From: an uncultured Candidatus Actinomarina sp.
Lineage (GTDB): Bacteria > Actinomycetota > Acidimicrobiia > Actinomarinales > Actinomarinaceae
DNA: 64,000 nucleotides
Assembly (NCBI GenBank): GCA_902565645.1
Contig: CACFFJ010000002.1
Coordinates: forward strand, 39,105 to 103,104
Direction: 5' to 3'
How positions within the stretch are numbered: position 1 is the first letter of the stretch; every line of letters begins with the position of its first letter. The notes under the pieces are model-generated. The model saw only the letters and a list, made by a program, of their open reading frames with translations. It ran no database searches and was not told the DNA's origin. A program made the position numbers and the translations under genes. Positions 45,833-55,689 of this stretch are shown piece after piece.

Positions 45833-47035
45833 CTATACGAAAATTTGGGTCTTTGGTTCTATACCTCCAGTTAAAGGCATGGCATATTCAAAAAAATCAT
45901 TTGTTACATATGGTTTCTTATCATCTAAAAACTCTTTTGGCATGTTTTTTGTATTTTTTGCAACTTTATTAAGTTCGACAGTATCAACCTCGCAATAATA
46001 TTCTTCAGAGAGCTGTCTTTTTAGAATCACCGATCCAGAATCCTTTTCTTTTGAAGCTATAACAGCATGTTGACCAACTCTTTCAGCCTCCTCTGCATCC
46101 ACTTCGGAAACATCAGCCAAAAAGGATCTCTGTAAGTACCCGAAGGTATCGGCTCTTACTCTTGCGCCCTCTATGTTTTCTGAGATAATGTTTACAAGAG
46201 TGTCTCCCAAAGCTCCTGAACCAGAAAGTTGAATATTTCCATGACTGTCTTTCTTTCCCGCTAAGCCTGATCCAGTTTCGTTTGCATAGGTTTGAAGAAA
46301 GTATTCTCCATTTTCATTATGAACCCCTTCGGAAACAGCTACAAGACACCTTCCCAAAGAGTCGTAAACTTCTTTAACTTCCTTTTTAAAGGATTCTATA
46401 TCAAATATCTTCTCTGGAACATATACAAGGTGTGGTCCGTCTTCTTCCGTTGCCTTGCCTAGTGTGCTTGCTGCTGTAAGCCAGCCAGCATGTCTTCCCA
46501 TTAAGACGTTTATCTTTATACCTTTTAAGCTTCTGGTGTCTGCATCGTCACCTTGAAATGCGTGTGCAACAAACCTTGCTGCTGACCCATACCCTGGAGA
46601 GTGGTCTGTTTCTAAAAGGTCATTATCTATAGTTTTTGGAATGTGAAACGCCTTCATCTCGTAACCCGAACTTCGTGCTCCTTCTGCAACCAAGTAGGCT
46701 GTTTCTGCAGAATCATTTCCTCCAATATAATAAAAATTTCTTATATTCTCTTTCTCAAATATAGAGACCAGCTTTTCAATGTCTTTTTCGCTTGGTTTTT
46801 TTCTAACCGATCCAAGAGCTGCAGCTGGGGTTCTTCCAATTCCATATAGCTGTGATTCGTTAAGCTTAGAAAGGTCAACAAAGTCCTCGTTTAACATGCC
46901 TTGAAGTCCGTGTTTTGCTCCTAATATTTCTTTAAAGTCTGCTTTGAGAGCTTCTTTTATAAAGCCAACTAGCGACTTGTTTATAACTGCAGTGGGGCCT
47001 CCAGATTGTCCTATTACAGCTTTTCCTGCTGGCAC
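45833..47035 (-). CDS. pfk: 6-phosphofructokinase (PFK-A family; GGNDS variant, possibly PPi-dependent)
   Basis: IGQSGGPTAVINKSLVG and IGGNDS correspond to the PFK GGDGS block; MGR(H) substrate motif (LMGRHAGWL); 400 aa. Confidence 0.8.
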   Translation of the reverse strand: MPAGKAVIGQSGGPTAVINKSLVGFIKEALKADFKEILGAKHGLQGMLNEDFVDLSKLNESQLYGIGRTPAAALGSVRKKPSEKDIEKLVSIFEKENIRNFYYIGGNDSAETAYLVAEGARSSGYEMKAFHIPKTIDNDLLETDHSPGYGSAARFVAHAFQGDDADTRSLKGIKINVLMGRHAGWLTAASTLGKATEEDGPHLVYVPEKIFDIESFKKEVKEVYDSLGRCLVAVSEGVHNENGEYFLQTYANETGSGLAGKKDSHGNIQLSGSGALGDTLVNIISENIEGARVRADTFGYLQRSFLADVSEVDAEEAERVGQHAVIASKEKDSGSVILKRQLSEEYYCEVDTVELNKVAKNTKNMPKEFLDDKKPYVTNDFFEYAMPLTGGIEPKTQIFV

Positions 47036-47038
47036 TTT

Positions 47039-47947
47039 CTAACTCCCGCTTTGGTAAACAGATATAAAGCCTAAATAGGAGTTTGCAATTTCTTCTACGG
47101 CTTCTTCTCTCGACTTGCTGCCTTCATGCCAACCTTTTAGTGACTCCCAAAATATAGACCTGCCTATTGCAAAACCCTTATATCCATCTACAGAAGAACC
47201 TGCTCTAAGCCACTCATTAACTTTCTCATCGTTTGCACCTCGTCCAAGGACAACCGCGATAACGTCTTCTCTTCCTCCGTTTTTTATTGATTCTGCAATC
47301 TTTTCACAGTCTTCTTTCGTATCAAGACCCTCTATTTTCCATATGTCAGGGTCGGCTCCTCTTTCCCTCATTTCTTCAACAACCTTAACAGCTAGGTTTG
47401 GTCTAATTTCAGCATCATATCTTGCTTGATCTCCATCAACAGTCTCTAACTGTTCCTCGGTTGCGGGAACTAAAAATTCTAATAGAAACTTCTTTTCATT
47501 ATCAATTATCCAGTCAGAAAGAGTTTTTATTCTGCTACCTTGTATTTCTCTAGCTTCTTCTTCATCGTCGGGATTCCACCTAACCAATATTTTGATAAAG
47601 TCTGCACCAACTTCATTTATCTTTTCACCAAAGTCTTCTCCGTATTCAAAATCAAATATACTTTGGCCAGATTTTTCTACTGGTGCAGCAAATTTTATTC
47701 CATTTTCAATTGCTTTTTTTTGAACGTCTATTCCAAATTGCTCATCTACAAGTATTGCTGGGTCACCACCACTAATCCCTTTTTCTTTGGCTGAGAGGAA
47801 TCCTTCAAAAATTATATTTTTCATTTCTGAAACTCTTAAGACCTCTTCTTTTTCTGGTGGTCTTGCTTCTACGCCAAGTAGGCCTTTGGTTAGTGTTCCT
47901 CTGTGGTCAAAGGCTAAAATATATAAATCGTTTGGATAACCCTTCAT
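47039..47947 (-). CDS. class I aldolase of the LacD/DUF2090 (tagatose-1,6-bisphosphate aldolase-like) family
   Basis: ILAFDHRGTL (compare LacD ALAFDQRGAL), FIKILVRW and AIGRSIFWE blocks parallel LacD. It is operonic with pfk, suggesting it acts as a fructose/tagatose-bisphosphate aldolase. Confidence 0.5.
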   Translation of the reverse strand: MKGYPNDLYILAFDHRGTLTKGLLGVEARPPEKEEVLRVSEMKNIIFEGFLSAKEKGISGGDPAILVDEQFGIDVQKKAIENGIKFAAPVEKSGQSIFDFEYGEDFGEKINEVGADFIKILVRWNPDDEEEAREIQGSRIKTLSDWIIDNEKKFLLEFLVPATEEQLETVDGDQARYDAEIRPNLAVKVVEEMRERGADPDIWKIEGLDTKEDCEKIAESIKNGGREDVIAVVLGRGANDEKVNEWLRAGSSVDGYKGFAIGRSIFWESLKGWHEGSKSREEAVEEIANSYLGFISVYQSGS

Positions 47948-48933
47948 AGTTTAATCTTAAGCTTTTTCTTTTCTCTTTGTGTGTAAAATCTTGATACAAC
48001 AAAGACAAGCAACACTAAAAGCACAATAACTTGAGCTAAAAGCGGAATAACTTGATCACTTTGTGTTTTTTGTTCTTGTTCAAAATATTTATCTGAATAA
48101 ATAATTCCTGGATCCTGTTTTGAGTCAATAATTTCGTTTAAAACATTTAACAAATCAACTGTGTTTATACCCCAGTTGTTAGCTAGATTTTCGTCTAAAA
48201 AATATATATTATTACTTTTTACAGCAATTAGGTTTTTCCAAGATGTTCTTGTAGAAAGGTCTTTATTTAAATAGTCAGAATGACCCACAACTATTAAATC
48301 GGGGTTTGATTCTATTATTTTTTCCTCAGAAATTTCTGGATATCCGCTGCTGTATGGATCTTCTAATTCGTTAGCAATGTTTTTAACACCTAATAGGTTG
48401 TATATTTCTCCAATAAATGAGTTTTTATTTACTGTATATATTCCATAGGTGTAACCAATTTCATGAAAAATTTTAATATCTTTAAATTTTGTGTTTTGAA
48501 GAATCGTGCTTACGTCCTCTCTCATGGAAGAGATTAGGTTCTTTGCCTCGTTCTCTTTATGAATTAAATTTCCGATTATTTCAATTTGTGAATATACGTC
48601 TTCAAAGTTCCTTGCAGGAGGAAGTAGTGCATATTTCATTTCCTTCCTTTCTAAATCGGTGACTATTTCATTAATATCAAAAGCTATTAATACTACATCT
48701 GGATTTAGTTCTAAAATTTCATCTGTGGTTGCTGTAAATGCATCTATTTTCTTAACTGTTTCTGGGGTTTGTGAAAAAGAATCAGCACCCACCAGCAGCT
48801 CACCTCCTCCAAGAGCTTGTACAATCTCTGTGTGTGTTGTGGATAGACTAACTATCTTTAACTTATCTACTTTCTCTGAGTTAAGTGAACATGCTGAAAG
48901 AACCAAAGTGAGAAATAATAGCTTCTTTTTCAT
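47944..48933 (-). CDS. BtuF/FepB-type (TroA-fold) ABC substrate-binding lipoprotein, with an additional C-terminal TM anchor
   Basis: Lipoprotein signal MKKKLLFLTLVLSACS (start ATG 48933 with AGGAAA upstream; the track starts at GTG 48951). KIVSLSTTHTEIVQALG ... LVGADSFS is the BtuF-like N-lobe. A cobalamin riboswitch lies upstream. Confidence 0.65.
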   Translation of the reverse strand: MKKKLLFLTLVLSACSLNSEKVDKLKIVSLSTTHTEIVQALGGGELLVGADSFSQTPETVKKIDAFTATTDEILELNPDVVLIAFDINEIVTDLERKEMKYALLPPARNFEDVYSQIEIIGNLIHKENEAKNLISSMREDVSTILQNTKFKDIKIFHEIGYTYGIYTVNKNSFIGEIYNLLGVKNIANELEDPYSSGYPEISEEKIIESNPDLIVVGHSDYLNKDLSTRTSWKNLIAVKSNNIYFLDENLANNWGINTVDLLNVLNEIIDSKQDPGIIYSDKYFEQEQKTQSDQVIPLLAQVIVLLVLLVFVVSRFYTQREKKKLKIKL

Positions 48934-48974
48934 AATTTCCTTTCTCACCACAAGAAGAAAGCTGGGAACCCCAA

Positions 48975-49090
48975 CCCTTCTCTCGAGGTTTGTTGTTTCA
49001 AAAACAAAAAAGTCGACCTGACTTATCTTTCGAATTACAGTTGCGGGACAGTCTCAGATTTTCACTGACTTCGCTTCTTTGCTTTATTCG
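48975..49090 (-). promoter_or_regulatory. cobalamin (B12) riboswitch
   Basis: The minus-strand sequence ...AGUGAAAAUCUGAGACUGUCCCGCAACUGUAAuucgaaagauAAGUCAGGucgac contains the conserved GGUG.AA.UCC...CCCGC..CUGUAA core and the AGUCAGG B12 box, followed by a U-rich terminator-like expression platform. Confidence 0.65.
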
Positions 49091-49109
49091 TTAGAAAAAG
49101 TGTAGCAAA

Positions 49110-49709
49110 TTATTTATACTCTTCTTCATCCTTTTGAATATTTTTTACGGTCTCTGAAATAGTTTGCTCTTCTATGTCCCTCGGAACATCTGGTCTTGGC
49201 ATTTCTGGATAGGTAATGCTTTCATCTGTTTTCTTATCTTCTCTTAGTCTTTTTATGGTTTTTGTAATAGTCATGAGGACTGTTTCTTTATTCTTGTTTT
49301 TTTCTTTTGGTTCTTTTTTTCTTCTTTTTGTCTGGTCCTCGCCAAAGGTCTCTTCTAAAACAACGACCTCTATGCCTCCCACAAGGTCCGAAACAAGATT
49401 ATAAAAAAACGATGCAATTGTTGCTAGGGCTGTCTGTGTCAGCAGATAAACAGCTGCAAAAAATACAACCGAGGAAAAAAGGGCGTCTATGTTTCCAACT
49501 AGTGATGAATTTTCGTCTAGAAGTGCTAGCCTTTTGGCTATCTCCTCTAAACCTTGGGGAACGCCTGCGTTTACTAATAAAACCCAGAGGATTGTAAACC
49601 CCAAAACAATTGTTAAAGCGACTATAAAATTTAACACAAATGTTACTTTAAGAACGGTCCATGGGTCGATCTTTCTTATAATTCTTCTAACTCTATTTAC
49701 TTGTACCAT
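49110..49709 (-). CDS. DUF3566-like transmembrane protein (conserved actinobacterial gene immediately downstream of gyrA)
   Basis: 199 aa; two TM helices then an acidic/lysine-rich tail; position after gyrA as in other Actinobacteria. Confidence 0.5.
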   Translation of the reverse strand: MVQVNRVRRIIRKIDPWTVLKVTFVLNFIVALTIVLGFTILWVLLVNAGVPQGLEEIAKRLALLDENSSLVGNIDALFSSVVFFAAVYLLTQTALATIASFFYNLVSDLVGGIEVVVLEETFGEDQTKRRKKEPKEKNKNKETVLMTITKTIKRLREDKKTDESITYPEMPRPDVPRDIEEQTISETVKNIQKDEEEYK

Positions 49710-49712
49710 TAA

Positions 49713-52175
49713 TTACTCACTTTTTATAGGGATGAAGGCTGAAATCTCTTCTTCTTTAGAGAGCTTCATTATCCTAACTCCTTGTGCTACTCTGCTCATT
49801 TGTTTTATTTGCTTTACTGCACATCTTATAGCAGTTCCTCCTGTACTAACAAGCATAACTTCAGTATCTTCATCAACTGATCTTGCTCCAACTAAATCTC
49901 CCTTTGTTTCGGTAACCTTTAGGGCCTTTACGCCCATTCCACCTCTTCCTGCTTTTCGAAATTCTTCAAGCTTTGTTCTTTTTCCGTAGCCTTTAGCGGT
50001 GATAAACAAAAGTGTTTCTTCTCTTGATGTTGAGGCGCCCACAACTTTGTCCCCTTCTCTAAGCTTTATCCCCCTGACACCCATTGCTGTTCTACCTTGT
50101 GGTTTTAGATTCTTTTCATCAAATCTTATTGCTTGGCCTTTTTTTGAAACAAGAATTACGTCTTCTTTTCCTGATGTGGTTTTTACAGAAACTACTCTGT
50201 CGTCTTCTTTAAGTTTTATTGCTTGTAATGATTTATAGTTTGAATCAAAATCCTTAAAAGCTGATTTTTTAACTGTTCCTTTTTCTGTCATTATTAATAA
50301 AAACTTTTCGGTTTCATAGTCTCTGGTGTCAATTATTGCCTGTATTTTTTCCTCTTGTCCCATAGACAATACGTTGTGTATCAAAGAACCTTTTGCTGTC
50401 CTTGTTGTTTTTGGTAGCTCGTGTGCTTTGGCTCTGTAAACCTTTCCTTGGTCTGTGAAAAACAGCAAGTAAGAATGGACTGATGTTGATAGAAGGTGCT
50501 CTATTACATCCTCATCAGAAGATGCGGCTTTTACTCCCTTGCCTCCTCTTCCTTGTTTTTTGTAAGACGTTGATGGGACAGACTTGACATAACCATTGGA
50601 AGAAACTGAAACAATTATTTCTTCGTCCTCAATAAGATCTTCTATTTTGACCTCTCCAACATCAGGAACAAGCCTAGATCTTCTGTCGTCTCCGAATTTT
50701 TCTGTTATTGCTTCTAGTTCTTCAACTAATATTTTATTTTGTTTTGCTCTGCTTTTAAGTATTGCTGCAAGTTCTTTAATTGTTTCTTTAAGGTCTTTCT
50801 TCTCTTCTTCAAGCTTTTCTCTTTCTAGTGCCGTTAGTCTTCTAAGTGGCATGTCTAAAATATGTGATGCCTGTACCTTAGATAGTTTAAATTTTTTCAT
50901 TAAAGACTTTCTTGCTATGTCAACGTCTTTTGATGCTTTGATTGTCTTTATAATTTGATCAATTTTATTAAGAGCAAGTAAAAGTCCTTCGACAATATGT
51001 AGTCTGTCTTTTGCTTTTTGAAGTCTGTATTTTGTTCGTCTCTGAATAACGTCTATTTGGTGCTTGATGTAATAGCCAATAAGGTCTGGAACAGACAAAA
51101 CCTTGGGCACACCATTAACTAGGGCAACTGAATTCACTGAAAATGAGTCCTGGAGTTGTGTTTGTCTAAACAGCTGATTCAAAACAACTTGTGGTACTGC
51201 GTCTCTTTTTAACTCAATAACAAGTCTTGTACCGTTTCTGTCGCTACTTTCGTTTCTAAGATCAGAAACTCCGGCTAGTTTTTTGTCTTGTACAAGAGAT
51301 GCTATTTTTTCCATTATTCTGTCTATTGATGCTTGATATGGAAGTTCTTTTACAACTATAGCTGACCGTCCTTTTCCAAGTTCTTCAATGTCTGCTACCG
51401 CCCTTAGTTTTATTGACCCCCTACCTTTTAGTATTGCGTCTTTTATTGATGGGGTTTCAACAATCAAACCTCCTGTTGGAAAGTCGGGACCCTTAATTAT
51501 CTTTAAATAATCTCTTGGTTTTGGGTCTTTTGTTTTTAATGAAAATTTAACAGCTTCTGTAATTTCTTTAAGGTTGTATGGGGGCATGTTTGTGGCCATA
51601 GCAACGGCAATCCCTTCGGCTCCATTAATAAGAAGGTTTGGGAACCTGCCGGGAAGAACTTTTGGCTCTGTTGTTTCTCCCGAATAATTTGGTTCAAAAT
51701 CTACTGTTTCTTCGTCTATTCCATCAAGAAGTTGGGATGCTAATAATGACATTCTTGACTCTGTGTATCTCATTGCTGCTGGTGGGTCGTCTGGTGTGCC
51801 AAAGTTACCTTGCGGTTCTATAAGTGGGTATCTTGTGCTAAAGTTTTGACCCAACCTAACAAGGGTTCCATATATTGCATCGTTTCCATGGGGATGATAA
51901 TTACCCATAACGTCCCCAACTACTTTTGAACACTTTCTAAATGGTCCCGTTGGTCTAATTCCTGTCTCATACATTGAGTACAGGATTCTTCTTTGAACTG
52001 GTTTTAAACCGTCTTTAACGTCTGGAAGTGCTCTTGAAACAATTACTGACATTGCATAGTCTAGAAATGACTTTGATATTTCCTCTTCTACGGGAATTGC
52101 TCCGTTTGCTGCTGGTTTCTTTGCTGCTGGTTTCTTTGCTGCTGGTTTCTTTGCTGCTGGTTTCTTTGCTGGCAT
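49713..52175 (-). CDS. gyrA: DNA gyrase subunit A with N-terminal (AKKP)n repeat extension
   Basis: [31 protein letters not shown], the catalytic Tyr region and a C-terminal beta-pinwheel; 820 aa. The start ATG overlaps the gyrB stop (TAATG). Confidence 0.95.
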   Translation of the reverse strand: MPAKKPAAKKPAAKKPAAKKPAANGAIPVEEEISKSFLDYAMSVIVSRALPDVKDGLKPVQRRILYSMYETGIRPTGPFRKCSKVVGDVMGNYHPHGNDAIYGTLVRLGQNFSTRYPLIEPQGNFGTPDDPPAAMRYTESRMSLLASQLLDGIDEETVDFEPNYSGETTEPKVLPGRFPNLLINGAEGIAVAMATNMPPYNLKEITEAVKFSLKTKDPKPRDYLKIIKGPDFPTGGLIVETPSIKDAILKGRGSIKLRAVADIEELGKGRSAIVVKELPYQASIDRIMEKIASLVQDKKLAGVSDLRNESSDRNGTRLVIELKRDAVPQVVLNQLFRQTQLQDSFSVNSVALVNGVPKVLSVPDLIGYYIKHQIDVIQRRTKYRLQKAKDRLHIVEGLLLALNKIDQIIKTIKASKDVDIARKSLMKKFKLSKVQASHILDMPLRRLTALEREKLEEEKKDLKETIKELAAILKSRAKQNKILVEELEAITEKFGDDRRSRLVPDVGEVKIEDLIEDEEIIVSVSSNGYVKSVPSTSYKKQGRGGKGVKAASSDEDVIEHLLSTSVHSYLLFFTDQGKVYRAKAHELPKTTRTAKGSLIHNVLSMGQEEKIQAIIDTRDYETEKFLLIMTEKGTVKKSAFKDFDSNYKSLQAIKLKEDDRVVSVKTTSGKEDVILVSKKGQAIRFDEKNLKPQGRTAMGVRGIKLREGDKVVGASTSREETLLFITAKGYGKRTKLEEFRKAGRGGMGVKALKVTETKGDLVGARSVDEDTEVMLVSTGGTAIRCAVKQIKQMSRVAQGVRIMKLSKEEEISAFIPIKSE
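52095..52170 (-). repeat. 18-nt coding tandem repeat x4 (AAKKPA) at the gyrA 5' end
   Basis: ctggtttctttgctgctg units repeat directly. Confidence 0.8.
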
Positions 52176-54097
52176 TATACGTCCAAAAACCTTACATCTT
52201 TAGCGTTTTGCTCAATAAATGTTTTTCTTTTTGAAACATCGTTGCCCATAAGAACTTCAAACATCGTTGCAGCCTTTGCTTCAGCTGCTTTACCGTCAGC
52301 AATGCTGACTTGTATAAGGGTCCTGGTTTCTGGGTTCATTGCTGTGTCCCACAATTCTCCAGCGTTCATCTCACCAAGGCCTTTGAACCTGCTTATATCA
52401 AATTTTTTATTTTTGTTTTCTTTCTTAAATTTTTCCAAAGCTTCATCGTCTTTTAGGTAGTTTATGGATCCAGATGATTTTGCTCTGTACAGGGGTGGTT
52501 CTGATATCCAGACCTTTCCCTCTTTTATTAGGCCTGGCATAAATTTGAAAAAGAACGTTAATAAAAGAGTTCTTATGTGGGCGCCATCAACATCAGCGTC
52601 TGTAAGAAGTATTATTTTGTCGTATCTAGATTCTTCCCCGTTGTATTGATTGTTGATACCTGTTCCAATAGCTTTTATTAATGAACTAATTTCTTCGTTT
52701 TGAAGGGCTCTGTTCTCTGTTACTTTTTGAACGTTGATAATTTTTCCACGTATTGGTAAAACTGCTTGTGTTCTAGATTCTCTCGCTTGCTTTGCTGGAC
52801 CAGCTGCTGAATCCCCTTCAACAATTAAAAGCTCGCTCTCGCTTGGGTCTGTCGAGGAACAGTCCGCTAGTTTCCCCGGAAGCCCTGATGTCTCAAGAAT
52901 ACTTTTCCTTTTTGTTAGTTCTCTTGCTTTTTTGGCGCTCATTCTTGCTTTTGCAGCAAGAGCACATCTTTCAACAATTGCTCTTCCTTCTTTTGTGTTT
53001 TTTGATAGCCATTTTGGTAGTTCTTTGTTAACCAAAACCTGAACTTTTGATTTCATTTCTGTGTTTCCTAGCTTTGTTTTGGTTTGACCTTCAAACTGTG
53101 GTTCTTTAACTCTAACTGAAATTACTCCTGTAATTCCCTCCCTTATGTCGTCTCCTGTTAGGGAAATGTCAGAATGTAGATTTCTTGCTTTTGCGAAATC
53201 ATTAATTGCTTTTGTAACTGCTGTTCTCAGGCCTTCTTCATGTGTTCCTCCTTCGAGTGTGTGTATGTTATTAGCAAAGCTTTTTATGTTTACGTCATCT
53301 TCGTTTTTCCATTGAAGTGCTACGTCTATTTCAGAATCTTTACTTTTGTCAGAGAAAGATATTGTTTTGTCGTGTAAAACCTCGAAGCCGTCGTTTAAAT
53401 AATCAACAAAATCAACAAGTCCTCCTTTATAAAGAAACTGGTCTTTTGTTGCTGGTTTCACTCTGTTGTCTGTCAATACAATTTTTAAGCCTTTGTTTAA
53501 AAACGCTGTTTGTCTAAGTCTCTCAGATACGATATTGTGTTCAAATGTTTGTGTTTCATCAAATATTTCAGGATCGGGTAAGAAATTGATTTTTGTTCCT
53601 GTTTTTTTTGTTGCTTTTCCTTTTTTTATTTTTGCTGTTGGTTTTCCGTGGTCAAATTCTTGTTTCCAGAAAAACCCGTCTCTCTGAACCTCTGCTTTTA
53701 CGAAAACTGACAAGGCGTTAACAACAGAGATTCCTACCCCATGTAAACCCCCGCTTACTGTGTAGGCTCCTGATTCGAACTTACCTCCAGCATGAAGTGT
53801 TGTTAGTACTGTTGTTAGGGCTGATTCTTTTGTTTTGGGTCTTGGTTTCACTGGAATGCCACTTCCGTTGTCTGTAACGGTTACGGATCCATTTTTTTCA
53901 AGACGAACCTCTATTGAAGTACACCTTCCAGCCATAGCTTCATCAACAGAGTTATCAACTACTTCCCAAATTAAATGGTGAAGACCGTTTGGCCCTGTAG
54001 ACCCTATGTACATTGCTGGTCTTTTTCGTACCGCCTCTAACCCCTCTAAGACTTTTATGTCTTTGGAGTCATAATTGTTTGAATCTTTTTTTGGCAC
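52175..54097 (-). CDS. gyrB: DNA gyrase subunit B
   Basis: GHKL ATPase motifs (GLHHLIWEVVDNSVDE, DNGSGIP), the TOPRIM region (EGDSAAG, DADVDGAHI); 640 aa. Confidence 0.95.
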   Translation of the reverse strand: MPKKDSNNYDSKDIKVLEGLEAVRKRPAMYIGSTGPNGLHHLIWEVVDNSVDEAMAGRCTSIEVRLEKNGSVTVTDNGSGIPVKPRPKTKESALTTVLTTLHAGGKFESGAYTVSGGLHGVGISVVNALSVFVKAEVQRDGFFWKQEFDHGKPTAKIKKGKATKKTGTKINFLPDPEIFDETQTFEHNIVSERLRQTAFLNKGLKIVLTDNRVKPATKDQFLYKGGLVDFVDYLNDGFEVLHDKTISFSDKSKDSEIDVALQWKNEDDVNIKSFANNIHTLEGGTHEEGLRTAVTKAINDFAKARNLHSDISLTGDDIREGITGVISVRVKEPQFEGQTKTKLGNTEMKSKVQVLVNKELPKWLSKNTKEGRAIVERCALAAKARMSAKKARELTKRKSILETSGLPGKLADCSSTDPSESELLIVEGDSAAGPAKQARESRTQAVLPIRGKIINVQKVTENRALQNEEISSLIKAIGTGINNQYNGEESRYDKIILLTDADVDGAHIRTLLLTFFFKFMPGLIKEGKVWISEPPLYRAKSSGSINYLKDDEALEKFKKENKNKKFDISRFKGLGEMNAGELWDTAMNPETRTLIQVSIADGKAAEAKAATMFEVLMGNDVSKRKTFIEQNAKDVRFLDV

Positions 54098-54173
54098 GGA
54101 TCTCCTAAGATACGTTTCTTTTTTTTGTTTTTTACAGCCCTTGCTGAACTCTCATTTTAGCTGAAATCCGTTG

Positions 54174-54461
54174 TTATTGTTGGTTATTTTCTATTTCAAC
54201 ACGTAGTGATTTAAGCTTTATTTTTGTTTTTTTTTCAATATCTATTAATATTTTTTGTTCTTCGAGCTCAATTATGTTTTTCAATCTTTTTGATTTGGTG
54301 TAAATTGTTGCAACTTTCTTAACAACTGGTCCAGAAACTATTTCTTTCGACCAAACGTCTTTATTTTTATCAAAATAACTTTTTATTTTTTTGGATTCTG
54401 AAAAATTTATTCCTAGAGTGTTCTTTTCTATGTTTATTTTTTCTGGTTCTTTTTTTTTCAA
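54174..54461 (-). CDS. small hypothetical protein at the DUF721/DciA position between dnaN and gyrB
   Basis: 95-aa lysine-rich ORF overlapping the dnaN stop. Positional analogy only; weak sequence resemblance to DUF721. Confidence 0.35.
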   Translation of the reverse strand: MKKKEPEKINIEKNTLGINFSESKKIKSYFDKNKDVWSKEIVSGPVVKKVATIYTKSKRLKNIIELEEQKILIDIEKKTKIKLKSLRVEIENNQQ

Positions 54462-55573
54462 GAATCTGTTCTCACTGGCATTAGGAGATATCTATATGTT
54501 TCTTCTTCGCCTTGTATAATTACTGGTTTCTCGTTTCCTGAAAATCTTATGTAAACTGTTTCTCCGTCTAAAACCTCAATTCCTTGTATTAAATAGTTTG
54601 GGTTGAAAGACATTTCAAACCCGGTAAGGTCGCCTGTTTCTAAACCAAGAACCTTTATTGAGACCTCTTCGTTTCCACCACCAATGTCTTTGTTTATTGT
54701 TGTAATCTTAAGTGTTTCGTTGTTTGTAAGTAACATGTTCACCGGAATAAAACCCTCTGCAACTACGGTTGCTCTGTCTAAAGATTCTAGTATTTCTGTT
54801 TTGTTGACCTCTATACTAAAAAGCGTTTCTTTTGGAAAAAGGTTTTTGTATTCGGGAAAGCTTCCCTCGAGTTTTCTTAGTGATGCTGAAAAATGTTTGT
54901 TGTGTAGGTGTAGTTCTTTCTCGTTGGAGTTGATTTTTATCGGTTCCTCGTTGTTTTCAAAAAGTTTTATTGTTTCATTTAAGGCTCTAAACGAAAGTGT
55001 CCCTATGTTGTTTATTGGTATTTCAGATATTGTGTTTGTGGCTAGTCTGTAGCTGTCTGTTGCAGCTAGTTCTGTTTTTTTGTTTTGGTTGTTGAAAAAA
55101 ACTCCTGTTAGTATTGGCCTTCCTCCTTCTGGTGAGGTTGCTATTCCTACTTTCTTTAGTGATTCAAAAAGATCGTCCGTTTCTATTTCTTTTGCGTCCC
55201 CTGTTTCTGTTTCGCTCAACAAAGCTTCTGGGTATGTTTTTTCATCTAGTTTTCTGAGGACAAAGTCGAGTTTTTTTATCTCTACTTTTATCTCACTACC
55301 AATGTCTGAGAAAACAACTTCTCCGTTTGGAAGTTTTCTTACAATCTCAGACAAAACCCTCGCGTTAACAAGGCTTTCTCCTTTCACCTCTACCTCAGCC
55401 ACCGTTCTTGCTTTTAAAACAACATCTAAATCTGATCCTATAACCTCTACTGTTTTTTCGTTTGCTTTTATATAAAGGCCTTGTAGTGCTGGAGTTGTGG
55501 GTCTCGGGTCAACAACCCTCGAAACAGAACCAACAACACTTTTAAGATCTTTTGTTTGTATTTTAAACTTCAA
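54458..55573 (-). CDS. dnaN: DNA polymerase III beta sliding clamp
   Basis: 371 aa, three-domain beta-clamp architecture, MKFKIQTKDLKSVVGSVSRVV N-terminus; immediately downstream of dnaA. Confidence 0.9.
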   Translation of the reverse strand: MKFKIQTKDLKSVVGSVSRVVDPRPTTPALQGLYIKANEKTVEVIGSDLDVVLKARTVAEVEVKGESLVNARVLSEIVRKLPNGEVVFSDIGSEIKVEIKKLDFVLRKLDEKTYPEALLSETETGDAKEIETDDLFESLKKVGIATSPEGGRPILTGVFFNNQNKKTELAATDSYRLATNTISEIPINNIGTLSFRALNETIKLFENNEEPIKINSNEKELHLHNKHFSASLRKLEGSFPEYKNLFPKETLFSIEVNKTEILESLDRATVVAEGFIPVNMLLTNNETLKITTINKDIGGGNEEVSIKVLGLETGDLTGFEMSFNPNYLIQGIEVLDGETVYIRFSGNEKPVIIQGEEETYRYLLMPVRTDS

Positions 55574-55689
55574 AATAATTCCTTATATATTTAATAATAA
55601 TAAAGCTGTTTAAAGTGTTGGAAATTAGAAAAAACCCTTTATTTAAAGAGCCCAGGGTGTTGGAAACTAGAAACATATCGAAACCCTAT

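Noticed and set aside
49216-53687. Numerous 60-170-aa ORFs antisense to or out of frame within gyrA/gyrB (e.g. 49489-49989, 50596-50958, 52734-53042)
   Set aside because: They are embedded in highly conserved gyrase coding sequence on the opposite strand or in another frame, their translations are low-complexity Ser/Leu/Phe-rich, and they lack starts with RBS. They are typical AT-rich antisense artefacts.
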